Positions 37,801 to 45,843 of a DNA stretch of 64,000 bases are shown piece by piece. Both the position numbers and the translations under genes were made by a program. Under the pieces are notes generated by a model. It was not told the origin of the DNA. It was given only the letters and a program-made list of their open reading frames with translations, and made no database searches. Numbering within the stretch: the first letter of the stretch is position 1; each line of letters opens with the position of its first letter. Origin of the DNA: a virus; IMG/VR virus record IMGVR_UViG_3300042558_005120, positions 45,207-109,206 of that record. The stretch is one strand, 5' to 3'.

Positions 37801-38346
37801 TGGATACGAGCCAGTTCCAGCGACTCCATATATACCGCCGGATAAATATTCCGCTGGGTAAGTTCCAGTTCCAGGGTTATAAGCTCCAGTCGCATCTACT
37901 GCTTCTAAATATTTCCAATATCCTTTGTTTGCGTGGTCAACGTAAATATCACCTGGTTTTGCAGTTGCACCAGTTCCTCCAGAGAAGCCAGGAAAGGAAG
38001 AAGTTATCCCTGCACCGTGATAATTCATCAGCCACGTCCATGATGCTAACGGCCATTCACCTGCCGGTTGGCTGTTTGGCGCTAATTGACCAGATGTAGG
38101 TCCAACACCTGCGGTGCTTGCACTTATTTTTGCAAAGGGAATAATTCCTAAAAGAGTTCCAGTCGGTCCTTGCGCGCCTGTCGGACCGAGAGGACCGACT
38201 CTTCCAGGCAACCCAGGAATTCCTTGTTGACCTCTAATCCCTTGTGGACCACCGTTTGTGGCATTAAGAATTTGAAAATTATTATTTAGTTTTGCTACTA
38301 TGGTTGCAAGACTATCGCTTTCAAGTAATTGTTGTAGTGTTAGCAT
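31822..38346 (-). CDS. Giant tail fibre/appendage protein (2174 aa)
   Basis: gp9/gp10-like N-terminus (DSL....KLNNNF), collagen-like Gly-X-Y run, NIGIGT...P...LHV repeats, G/T-rich. Confidence 0.7.
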   Translation of the reverse strand: MLTLQQLLESDSLATIVAKLNNNFQILNATNGGPQGIRGQQGIPGLPGRVGPLGPTGAQGPTGTLLGIIPFAKISASTAGVGPTSGQLAPNSQPAGEWPLASWTWLMNYHGAGITSSFPGFSGGTGATAKPGDIYVDHANKGYWKYLEAVDATGAYNPGTGTYPAEYLSGGIYGVAGTGSYPDFSAGFGFLGNGWYWYSTEDISNVLGGNVWVNDITTYLFSPTAAGPYPGSTAIPLSIPNARLESKYGSVWITSGNDLGGDDNLPTTTIEAWGGNTAGFNPSRVNSGIDRLLFKMSIDTIPYLGNITARGFTGLSGPAYSQSSTYPESANGTAMQFPLENTYWVKPQYETTIEKFSPLIFLSERNIDAVIDNSSSLGLYMHTSQDAGGKSNLNKSLFLWSSRYSPDPVEMYPAGFTGIDSASTKNYGEFIMDTRRLIASNQYVCSSPTDMKLSGDWIDYITGPEAYYEESNVNNSYRYRTFQGYISSINGKSITGNPNAVDYWEYGLGDGTTYGLTGGTHDTASGLTGMQTRNTWYGSSVFDDLPSNWDGLNPGEGNYIRVAGMMDRGRRFDDLTDVAGVGTGTNFLSELVFYTSHFKFDLAGGTGLTKNEVDPTQNSHKSLPVMYMSPYRNIGIGTFVGDTSNTADAGPLEPAGQLHVHVKQKLREDDPTYTYVELAGGSKLPDKVFTVAAFSGDYLKIADNSVTDILLGNLYTQTEEWVNPTNAIGDVVNRMSDNDTVPGANVLRNAIRTESWRYSRHNTMHLGAQSILSNYAIGKEDSEYFKTQFQISIHPLIKDTTLDESDSNQSISGVGLHNLYPRTRIHLFGKNIYNEVDWGEENWTPGVVVAPSGVTNSYPYYPGKGRINSPSENQIAIDYLGDSYTYPVGIYEYQYYAYGATANPGSTGTLSPNAAVYPSKDKLTPTRHAVPFEPDYVNFAYPATGTNVTFNNSYRHGGTTNAWWEPTSYIGFNLIRDVSEAGTGSTGGDNRDNTRWLLGRDNNANDTTGNNGGSAIISSPHGELGIINIPRGRDGGHPYTQWEQRGLGTRDVLNQMKIVFDKNGNIAVGNAAGWDMDAYPSLDRDANGYLQYVPTVGATATVPATAGSGLTYTWDGRWNTANGQYGLLTYSGYAENATTSSAALINSQATQAEYIRLEIAAEKAWSRDGRMAQKTGWGYPPSTTISLTVGVEVADYINLSLVSTGFGANWSLVTDSEGRIIDSVLNLAVANPGIDATFFPAVVYPHPTEFNAGGPLSGLAPGFTAPVGAIAAEWWGMSVDHPAEDLNDTIVVSGGNSIVTFIPTTDLRGSANIRLNNFVYGEGYGFGGPGGQTADAVPDDTDVADFTKNLVKQKRQESPKLIFTFLEGDVDSGKAALRGVVAGQDPYKKVSTVIQSAQDEVSLREYWIPKADNTGGTFMVFTDHFGSKEKTDGFDATSIKVTTTGTGGVTGDYGLHLDQVVTMEFLAGYTGAIADITNTTDLTTNIDGNASILLDNMYPGFVRYSNRDYTWPGQQDTAFTSSQYGRKLAVGVADSTTDILQLGATRDGQYSIFNISNPGQPTTNQIINNSSKNGSNIADRTAANAVLIKTDTSGLNSFDVDLIEDSDYSYTPSTGTGSVTSSVGATELQFQPTSSPSPDLITPDRIKVTIDLAAAGATGTDWQNLGPLYIGLIPDDGNFSMDHMVTSCLTNGYFGTIWPTDGPDSSSGVVFENQISFYISNTNWSLNSNSPWKLGMMLRQSGDFQISDPADFLTTTDVLRVTNFKIKFEEVYNPADTQTRNQETDILPVVGGANLSAVQRNIDHYYSIESFTVDPTLGDNQASAIRFKRINSEFALVDFNITVKVNNPVLPGGTATNSFNYIDFCSPRFTQYLRFIYVPDEDFSSEPTYRQDIAQDIYGNGMWFSNWSTYKQWYAGTAVVGNETTARSYYSDVVNVGEDLGPGFKTTTSDGSPFFTEPATIPPKSGAVGFRTWTGNYLDVLGYYVFGGAARESSIYKSEGNITPITAIYSSPTFSILVPGGQSRSGVYSAFGNDRRILQIAKAMFNQVDVSSEVGAKQSGFVQFLGAAYSLWHNHTYMRNKNIQWRMVPAQSYKYQAGASATTLTQNNTFVLEVQFSDPMLHVDTPLGERAFIGTGTATATDRFYQYLTVSGQSIVRYAETLADGNPIARNITP
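38158..38250 (-). repeat. Collagen-like Gly-X-Y repeat (about 10 triplets)
   Basis: GPQGIRGQQGIPGLPGRVGPLGPTGAQGPTG. Confidence 0.9.
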
Positions 38347-38363
38347 TGTTCGATTATTTTACC

Positions 38364-38378
38364 TTTTAGTATATATCA
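38364..38378 (-). promoter_or_regulatory. Putative late promoter TGATATATACTAAAA
   Basis: Intergenic, before the 2174-aa fibre gene. Confidence 0.6.
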
Positions 38379-41300
38379 CTATATTCTTTTTAAAGTTGCT
38401 GCCAAGCTAAATCCTGCATCAACTTTAGGATCTAAAATTTTAGTTATTTCAAATTCAAAATCTGAAATCGTTGTTAGCTGACAGTTTTTATCAATTTTAT
38501 ATCCTGCTCTCGCTTTTTCCAATTCAGTAAGATTTAGATTTAAAATATCTAATCCTTTTTGATTTTTGAAATATAAAGAAATATTAAAAACTTCATATAA
38601 TTGAAGAATATTTTTTGTAAAATATTCTACTTTAAGTTCATCAATTTCTGTTTGCGTTAATCCTGATAATGTTGTATTACTTGTAATTGTTAAAAGTCTT
38701 TCAAAATCATTATTTGGTATAGAATCTATATCACTCAACAACTGTCGAAGAAGGCGATTTCTTAAGTTTAATCTGATAATTAACTTTGGACGATTCGCAT
38801 TGGGTTTACTTTGCTGCGCGGCATTTCCTGTACTTAATGTATCAATTCCAATTGAAAGACTTGGTTCAATGACTGTGAATGTTACTTCATCTGTATTATT
38901 GAATGTATGAAATTCGAAACTTTTAGGAACATTCATTGCCTTTGACGCTAAAAACGTTTTGTATTCTGTCATTTCATTTATCCCATCCTTTTGTGTAAAA
39001 TTACTCGTTGTTGAGTATTCACGGTAAAATCCACCATCCCATGTAGAACTAAATACAAAATAATCCGAAGCATCAACCGCAATTTCATTTACGAGTGGGT
39101 AAACACTTTTATAAGCAGAAGTTCTAGCAATTTGCATTATATTCCCTGCAGTTGCAACTTTATTGATACCATAATTTTTAACTATCCCAGTCAGCTGAGA
39201 TAAATTGTCAATTCTGGTATTTTTTAATAAAAAGTCAATTTCAAAATGATTACTCATTTCACTATCTTCTCGTAGCCAAAACGAAAGAACGTCTCTTGTC
39301 TTAGGTTCATATACACCTCGGTGTCTGAGTAAAAATTCCCGGCCGCCAGTATTTACAATGTTATACCCAACAGTTTCGATTGTTCTAAATTCATCTGGTT
39401 TATCTTGATCTGGTGAATAGTTTAGTACATTTTCTTTAATAATAGCATCTGGGCTTATAAATTTTAATTGATATGTATTTTCGCCTGGGTTGTACTTAGT
39501 TTCTCCGGCATCCGAAATATCAAAGTATTCAACAATCGGGTCAGAAGTATTAAATAGTTTAAATAAGTTTCCGTATGTTAAATAAAACTTAATTGACTGA
39601 AATCCAAGCGTCCCACCTTCCAAATGATATGTTTCCATTTCAGGTAGTGGAATTTGATTATCAACTTGATTTGTTAAATAGTTTGGACTGTTTGAACCAT
39701 TAAATCCCGGACTCAATAACGGAGTAAATAATGCAGAAAAACCGTTATAATATTCACCAGCACCTATTTTGATACTTGCCGTATTAAATACATTATCTCT
39801 GCTTTGATTATCCACGCTTGTTCTAATAGTGTATCTTAATGGTGAATCATTTTTATAAACAGTTAAGAAATTAAATGTGAAACCTTCTCTGCCATAGTTT
39901 CGTGCAACAACTTTGGAAAAATTTGTATTGATTGTATATATGGTCGGGTCAATTCGATAGTTATTTTGGATTGGATAAATCTCTTCAAGAACATTAAAGT
40001 TATATCTGTTATCAATATTATTAAATCCAAATTCCAACTGAGGACCTGATAAAGAAGGTGTGTATATTGGTGAAACCGAAGGGGTATCAGCTGCAATTCC
40101 ACCAAGTTTTTTATCGCCTAAATGGACATACCCACCGCCTAGCATTCCTTGTCTCGGACGAAGAGCTGCAGCATCTAAATAGTCATTAAATCCTAAACTT
40201 GGTTTTGAATTATAAGGATAAAAATTACGCAATTGTGAACTTGCTGCAAGAGGCGTTGGCGTGGCTAAATCCAATAAGAACTGATTCTGTTTGTGGTTAC
40301 TTAGAATATCGTTCATAAAATATTGGAACATAAACTCTCCACTACCAGATTGTGTTCGATAATCTTGGATTCTAACTGTGATAAGAAGAACAACCCATTT
40401 CCATTTTTTATTTCTAAATACTTGGATGTCTACAGGTTTTTGTTTTGCATACGGCTCGAACGGCTCAAATCTTGTAATTGCCGAGAATTTATAATCATTA
40501 AATTCTGAATTGTCCAGATTTAAAGGTCGGCCCGGTAACGTTTCGTTAAACGAAAGCAGCTGAATTTTTCCACCTCGGAATAGCGTTTGTGACTGTCCAA
40601 TTCCGTCATTATATTTAAAAAATGTAAATCTTTCATCTCTTGGTTTTGGAATAGGTTCACCGTTGTAATTTAAATCAGAAGGATAACCAACTGAGAAATA
40701 TTTTGTAAACCAATCGTTTGTGTTATCAGATGTAAATAACTCATACCAAGATTTACTTTTTGTCACCACATCTGAAAGTTTAGAAAAGAAATACCCTCGA
40801 GTCGATTCCAAGTTGGAAATTGGATAATCCTTGGGAACACTATCTAAATAAGGAAATTCCTGTGTTAGCAATGCTGTCTCTGAAAAGTCAACATTTTCTG
40901 CAGGTGAGATATTTGCAATCCCAAATGCCATTGAATTATTTAATCGGTAATAGTTGTCTCTGGCGTCAGTACCTTCTTGTGCCCATTTATTGATATAAGG
41001 AACTACTTTTGATTTTACTGCCCAATCTTTATTGTAATTTTCTCGAAGTCTATCATATTCAGAAAATAACAATTGATAAGTAAAGGCATTGATAAATTCA
41101 CCATTCTGTTTTAATTGCTCAATAACGTCGGCATCTCCAATACTTGTAATATCTTGAATCCCTGCAAATCCGTTAAACGTTGCAATATCTTGGTCAACTG
41201 TATAATTTGCATTTGTGATTGTAATACTATCAGCACCACTCGATTGATATCTCAATCTAAATAATGTTGGATAAATTATATCGCCATCCGGAGTATACAA

Positions 41301-44300
41301 ATATCTTCTGTCATAGTTTCTTCGTCCTGCTGCCGTGTACTGTTTTCCAGAAACAAACACAGTTTCAGATTTATACGGATATTCGTTAATATCATAATCG
41401 TAAAAAGGATAGAAAGTATTGAGTATAATACTTTTTGAAGTATCTAATCCGTCCATTACAATTGTATCAATATCGAGCCATTCCTTTCGATTTCCGTCAT
41501 AAGCTGAAATCACCATTGTGAATGTTGCAGTTGTAGTTTGAGTAATTTTGTAATTATTAAATGGATATAGTTCAATTGTGTCACCTGACTCGAGAGTTTC
41601 AGATTCAAAATATTTTATGGCTTCCAATGTTGGTGTATAAGCATAATCTGACAGAAAATAATCAAAGTCAAATGCTTTAATTGGATATACGCTAAACACA
41701 CCCATAGTTGGGCGATAGACGCTGTATGCAACTACTCTTTTATCCGGAGAATAAAAAAACTCTTGGGTTGGGTCATCCAACTGTATAATTGCTTTTGTCT
41801 GATAGTTGGCATATCCGTTCAAATACTCTTCAGCATCAAATGTCGGCTCTTCCAAATAAGGTAATGAATAAACAAGTTTTCCTTGAACTTCCCAGCCTTT
41901 CATTCGGCGATACATTTCCTTTAAGCACTGATACCATTGTTGATAGATTACTGTATCATTTAAAATACTGATTGAGCCAATTGTTAATTCACTACTTCCG
42001 GATATGGTTGCTGAATTGCTGATAGAAATTTCAGTTGCTCGAATGTCTGAAACAATTGTCCCAGCTGGGATTCCGTTTCCAGAGACAGTCGCGCCGATAT
42101 ACATCCCAGTTGGTGAAATGGAAATATTATTCGAGCCTGTAGTTAAATTAACAGATCTTTTAATCTGTCGGTTTTGGTAATACTTTTCAGCATCAGTAAT
42201 TTCTATTGCTGCACGATTTCTTATTCTTTTAATTCCACCAACAAATAATTGCTCAACCACCAACTCAGAAGTTATTGTGTAAACTTGTTCGTGAACAGTA
42301 TTAAATGGTATTTGTTTAATATCAATACTAAAAGGTAATCTCGAATCAAAATATCGGTCATCCGTTGTTGGGAATGTAAAATTGTAAACTGGCATTACCC
42401 CAGTTGCTATTGCGGTTGCATAAGTAGTTGGGTCCACATATCTTCTTACAAATACAGTGGTGAGGTTTACACCTCGTGAAATTCTAACAAAATAGCTACC
42501 AGCAATATTATAAGATGCCGGTTGGTCAACCATTTCAGGAAATACATTTGTTAAATAATAGTTAGGTCCACCTGTGCCGTTATAATCAACTAGGCTAAGT
42601 TTCGTTCCTCTATCAACATTTGCGTCTTCATAAAAACCAAGGTTTTCATAAATGCTCGTTTGTTTTAGATTTCGTATAAATGTAATACTATTTCCTTCTT
42701 CAAACTGTAATTTTGATTTCAAATAGACAACTCTTCCGTCAGCCCATGCCGTTACTGGTATGTTCTGAAAGGAATTTATACACATCGCTAATGCACCAGC
42801 AACATCCTCTGGGCTACCTTCATTACTAAATTGTGATATCCATTCAAAACTATTTGGATCATACTGTGGGTAATCCCACGCATCTCCAGCGGGTAATCCA
42901 ATTCCGCTAGCAATCATTTTCCATGTAAACTGCTCGTAACCGGTCTTATATTCCGCATCCAAAGCTGATGTAGTTAAAGTTCCCGGAAGGACGAATTTTT
43001 GAATTACTGGAAAGTCAACCTCAATTCTCCAAGAATCCAAAACAGAATATGGTGTAATTCCAAAGGAAAGTAAATTGATTGTTAGATAATTGTCTATATT
43101 TAACAAAAATCCAAGAGGCGACAGAAAATAAGTAGCCTCCCCGGTTAATGAATTTGCAAGTAAAGCATATTGTCCAATAGCGGTTGTCGGCAATGCGTTT
43201 TGCGGACCACCGATATTAACAACATCCATCTGAGTTGTTGATGTAATTGCAGTTATCTGATAATATCCACCCGTAACAATGTAAATTTTTTCCCCAACTG
43301 AGAACCCACTTGTGTTTCCAATTGTTAGTGTTACAGAACTACCTACTGCTGGTTGTGAAAAACCTGCAGCTAATTGGTCGACTGACTGATTAATAAAATA
43401 TTGAACAGATACAGATGTTGGGGTTACATTTGTTATTTGAACATAATAAGTATTAGCTCCACCAGCGTCATTGTACCTTTTGACTTTAATAAGTAATTCT
43501 TCATCTGTTTCAAAAACGCCTGTTCCGTTATTATCTAATAAATGCAATCTCAATTGAGAATTTCCACTTCCAAGCAAATTTGCAGGGAATTGTGAGACAA
43601 TATCATTAACACCACCGTATTTGCTAATATTCTCTGAATTATCAAAAAGTTTTAATTGTGTTATTCGGCGATAATCAGTAGTCCCCGGATATCCATAATC
43701 AACTTCTTTAATTTCAGTTATTCGTTTAAAAACATCATCCCGGTCTTTGATATAAAATAGACGTAATGGGTCATCTACCATTGTCGGCAATGGAAATTTC
43801 CCAACAACCAATCCTGGGTTCTCGGGAAGATTAGTTCCATTAACTGAATATGTACTGTTATGATAATAATTAACAGGTATCTCGATTCCGTTTGGATTAT
43901 TCTGTACGAATGTTCTAAGTGTGTACGGTTGTCCATCAACACCTGGCTTTGGTGCTGGTGTTTGCTCAAATATTTTTCCTAATACTGTTGGTTCAATTTC
44001 AAATTCTGCTAATTGATTTTCCGAAACATATAAACCAATATATCGGTTAATACTATATAAGTCTGCTTCTTCATCGTCAAACAAAAATTCTAAGTTCATC
44101 AGGTTTGTACTGATAATTCCATTTCGTTGGAATCCATCAGTTATGTACTCTTCGAACTCTTTAACAGGACGGTCTTGTGTATAGAAATCATATAAATACT
44201 CGCCCTTTCCGGTCATTGTTGCTTTTTGGTATGATATACCGTTCCAATAAGTTGCAGTATCTTGGTCCCAGGAAACATCTAATGGGCGTTCTTTATACCT

Positions 44301-45842
44301 TGGGTCATTGATAATTTTTCTCAGATATCCACCCAGCTTGCTCGTTTCTCGAATGTCGAATGATTTAATAATCCGAGCATCTTTAAAATATTCAGATATT
44401 GCATCCTTTTTGTTGAAATCTGAGTAATAGCTTTCTGGGTCAATTGGATGATTGACTCTTAAAATAATAAAGAAATCCGGCAACTTTTTACGAATCCACA
44501 AAGGAGCTAAAAATGAATAATTCTCATCATAAAATTTACTTTTTAATTGAGTTATTCCATAATTATAAAAATTATCAAACTGTTGATAGTACTCAGTTTT
44601 ATTATTTAAATACTGATTGTCAAATTGATAAAGACCAAAAACAGTTTCAGTTGGAGTATTTCCATTTTTAAAGAACGAGTATAAATCCTTTTGATAAGTT
44701 GAATTTGTGCTGATTGCAAATCTTTTATATTCACTTTTTGCGAGTTCTTCATTTGCATCAAATGAGTTTAACCAAATATCACCAACTGAGTCTGTTGTAA
44801 TTTTAACATTGCCACTTAACTTTGGGTTTGTTTTTAGTAATGAAAAACTCGTTTGGTCTTCGTATAACGGATCTGTGAAGCTATATTGAATGCCAACCAT
44901 ATCCCTTTGTGTTCGGGCATAATTTTCTGGGTACCCAAAGAAATGGATTTCTTGAAAATCCAAATTAGTTGCAGGTCCTGAGAAATCTTTGACACCGAAT
45001 GGACCCGAGCCTGCATACAAATTAACCAAATTTCTTAAATTTGAATTTGTTACAAGTGGCAATTCTGCAATTAGAATATTTAATTTAAGATGACTAGCTT
45101 CTGCGCCATTATAGTCAATTCGTATCGTTGCTCCTCTGGTTTCAAGATTGTTATTGCTATTAGATGCTATAAATGGTGAAATATTATTGGATGGTATGAC
45201 TATTAATTGATTTATTTTTCTTTCAACGTATCCCGTTCCAGCAATTCCGGGTGCGCCTAATGGAAGGTTATTAGTAGTTCCGTCAAACGGATTCGGCACC
45301 GTGGTGTCATATGTATAGTCAACAATAAAGGAGGGCGAATAAATATTTTCCGCTTGTGTCTGAGAATTTACGCAATTAATATTCCAAGAACCGCTGTCTT
45401 CTGAATAAACCCCAAAGGTAAATAGCCCAGTCGAACCTGTTGCCGCAACAGTAAAAGGATTATCAAAAGTAAGTTCAACTGCGGTACCGCCTTGTACTAT
45501 ACTTGTGATTTCCGTTGGAAGTTGTACTCCTAAATTCTCATAACTCTTTAACGTTAAATTAGTCCCAAGATGATTATATCCGCCGGAAAGTCCTGGAAAC
45601 GGATTACTAGGCTGTGAAATAATATTTCCAGTAGTATTTGAGGTTTTTTCAATCTCAACGTCAGCGATATGAGTTTCAAACGTATTTGGTTGCGGATATA
45701 ATACCAAACATAAAGAATTATTTGGATCAATTGCACCTGGTTCCGCACTGTCATTTCGGGTAATTGTTAAGAAATAACTACTTTTTCCCTGTAGAACTAT
45801 TTCTCGCTCACAGTCTATTTTATAAAAATTAGGACCTGTCAT
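38379..45842 (-). CDS. Very large virion structural protein, baseplate/tail-associated (2487 aa)
   Basis: Uninterrupted ORF in the structural run, aromatic/beta-rich, no enzyme motifs seen. Confidence 0.6.
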   Translation of the reverse strand: MTGPNFYKIDCEREIVLQGKSSYFLTITRNDSAEPGAIDPNNSLCLVLYPQPNTFETHIADVEIEKTSNTTGNIISQPSNPFPGLSGGYNHLGTNLTLKSYENLGVQLPTEITSIVQGGTAVELTFDNPFTVAATGSTGLFTFGVYSEDSGSWNINCVNSQTQAENIYSPSFIVDYTYDTTVPNPFDGTTNNLPLGAPGIAGTGYVERKINQLIVIPSNNISPFIASNSNNNLETRGATIRIDYNGAEASHLKLNILIAELPLVTNSNLRNLVNLYAGSGPFGVKDFSGPATNLDFQEIHFFGYPENYARTQRDMVGIQYSFTDPLYEDQTSFSLLKTNPKLSGNVKITTDSVGDIWLNSFDANEELAKSEYKRFAISTNSTYQKDLYSFFKNGNTPTETVFGLYQFDNQYLNNKTEYYQQFDNFYNYGITQLKSKFYDENYSFLAPLWIRKKLPDFFIILRVNHPIDPESYYSDFNKKDAISEYFKDARIIKSFDIRETSKLGGYLRKIINDPRYKERPLDVSWDQDTATYWNGISYQKATMTGKGEYLYDFYTQDRPVKEFEEYITDGFQRNGIISTNLMNLEFLFDDEEADLYSINRYIGLYVSENQLAEFEIEPTVLGKIFEQTPAPKPGVDGQPYTLRTFVQNNPNGIEIPVNYYHNSTYSVNGTNLPENPGLVVGKFPLPTMVDDPLRLFYIKDRDDVFKRITEIKEVDYGYPGTTDYRRITQLKLFDNSENISKYGGVNDIVSQFPANLLGSGNSQLRLHLLDNNGTGVFETDEELLIKVKRYNDAGGANTYYVQITNVTPTSVSVQYFINQSVDQLAAGFSQPAVGSSVTLTIGNTSGFSVGEKIYIVTGGYYQITAITSTTQMDVVNIGGPQNALPTTAIGQYALLANSLTGEATYFLSPLGFLLNIDNYLTINLLSFGITPYSVLDSWRIEVDFPVIQKFVLPGTLTTSALDAEYKTGYEQFTWKMIASGIGLPAGDAWDYPQYDPNSFEWISQFSNEGSPEDVAGALAMCINSFQNIPVTAWADGRVVYLKSKLQFEEGNSITFIRNLKQTSIYENLGFYEDANVDRGTKLSLVDYNGTGGPNYYLTNVFPEMVDQPASYNIAGSYFVRISRGVNLTTVFVRRYVDPTTYATAIATGVMPVYNFTFPTTDDRYFDSRLPFSIDIKQIPFNTVHEQVYTITSELVVEQLFVGGIKRIRNRAAIEITDAEKYYQNRQIKRSVNLTTGSNNISISPTGMYIGATVSGNGIPAGTIVSDIRATEISISNSATISGSSELTIGSISILNDTVIYQQWYQCLKEMYRRMKGWEVQGKLVYSLPYLEEPTFDAEEYLNGYANYQTKAIIQLDDPTQEFFYSPDKRVVAYSVYRPTMGVFSVYPIKAFDFDYFLSDYAYTPTLEAIKYFESETLESGDTIELYPFNNYKITQTTTATFTMVISAYDGNRKEWLDIDTIVMDGLDTSKSIILNTFYPFYDYDINEYPYKSETVFVSGKQYTAAGRRNYDRRYLYTPDGDIIYPTLFRLRYQSSGADSITITNANYTVDQDIATFNGFAGIQDITSIGDADVIEQLKQNGEFINAFTYQLLFSEYDRLRENYNKDWAVKSKVVPYINKWAQEGTDARDNYYRLNNSMAFGIANISPAENVDFSETALLTQEFPYLDSVPKDYPISNLESTRGYFFSKLSDVVTKSKSWYELFTSDNTNDWFTKYFSVGYPSDLNYNGEPIPKPRDERFTFFKYNDGIGQSQTLFRGGKIQLLSFNETLPGRPLNLDNSEFNDYKFSAITRFEPFEPYAKQKPVDIQVFRNKKWKWVVLLITVRIQDYRTQSGSGEFMFQYFMNDILSNHKQNQFLLDLATPTPLAASSQLRNFYPYNSKPSLGFNDYLDAAALRPRQGMLGGGYVHLGDKKLGGIAADTPSVSPIYTPSLSGPQLEFGFNNIDNRYNFNVLEEIYPIQNNYRIDPTIYTINTNFSKVVARNYGREGFTFNFLTVYKNDSPLRYTIRTSVDNQSRDNVFNTASIKIGAGEYYNGFSALFTPLLSPGFNGSNSPNYLTNQVDNQIPLPEMETYHLEGGTLGFQSIKFYLTYGNLFKLFNTSDPIVEYFDISDAGETKYNPGENTYQLKFISPDAIIKENVLNYSPDQDKPDEFRTIETVGYNIVNTGGREFLLRHRGVYEPKTRDVLSFWLREDSEMSNHFEIDFLLKNTRIDNLSQLTGIVKNYGINKVATAGNIMQIARTSAYKSVYPLVNEIAVDASDYFVFSSTWDGGFYREYSTTSNFTQKDGINEMTEYKTFLASKAMNVPKSFEFHTFNNTDEVTFTVIEPSLSIGIDTLSTGNAAQQSKPNANRPKLIIRLNLRNRLLRQLLSDIDSIPNNDFERLLTITSNTTLSGLTQTEIDELKVEYFTKNILQLYEVFNISLYFKNQKGLDILNLNLTELEKARAGYKIDKNCQLTTISDFEFEITKILDPKVDAGFSLAATLKRI

Positions 45843-45843
45843 T

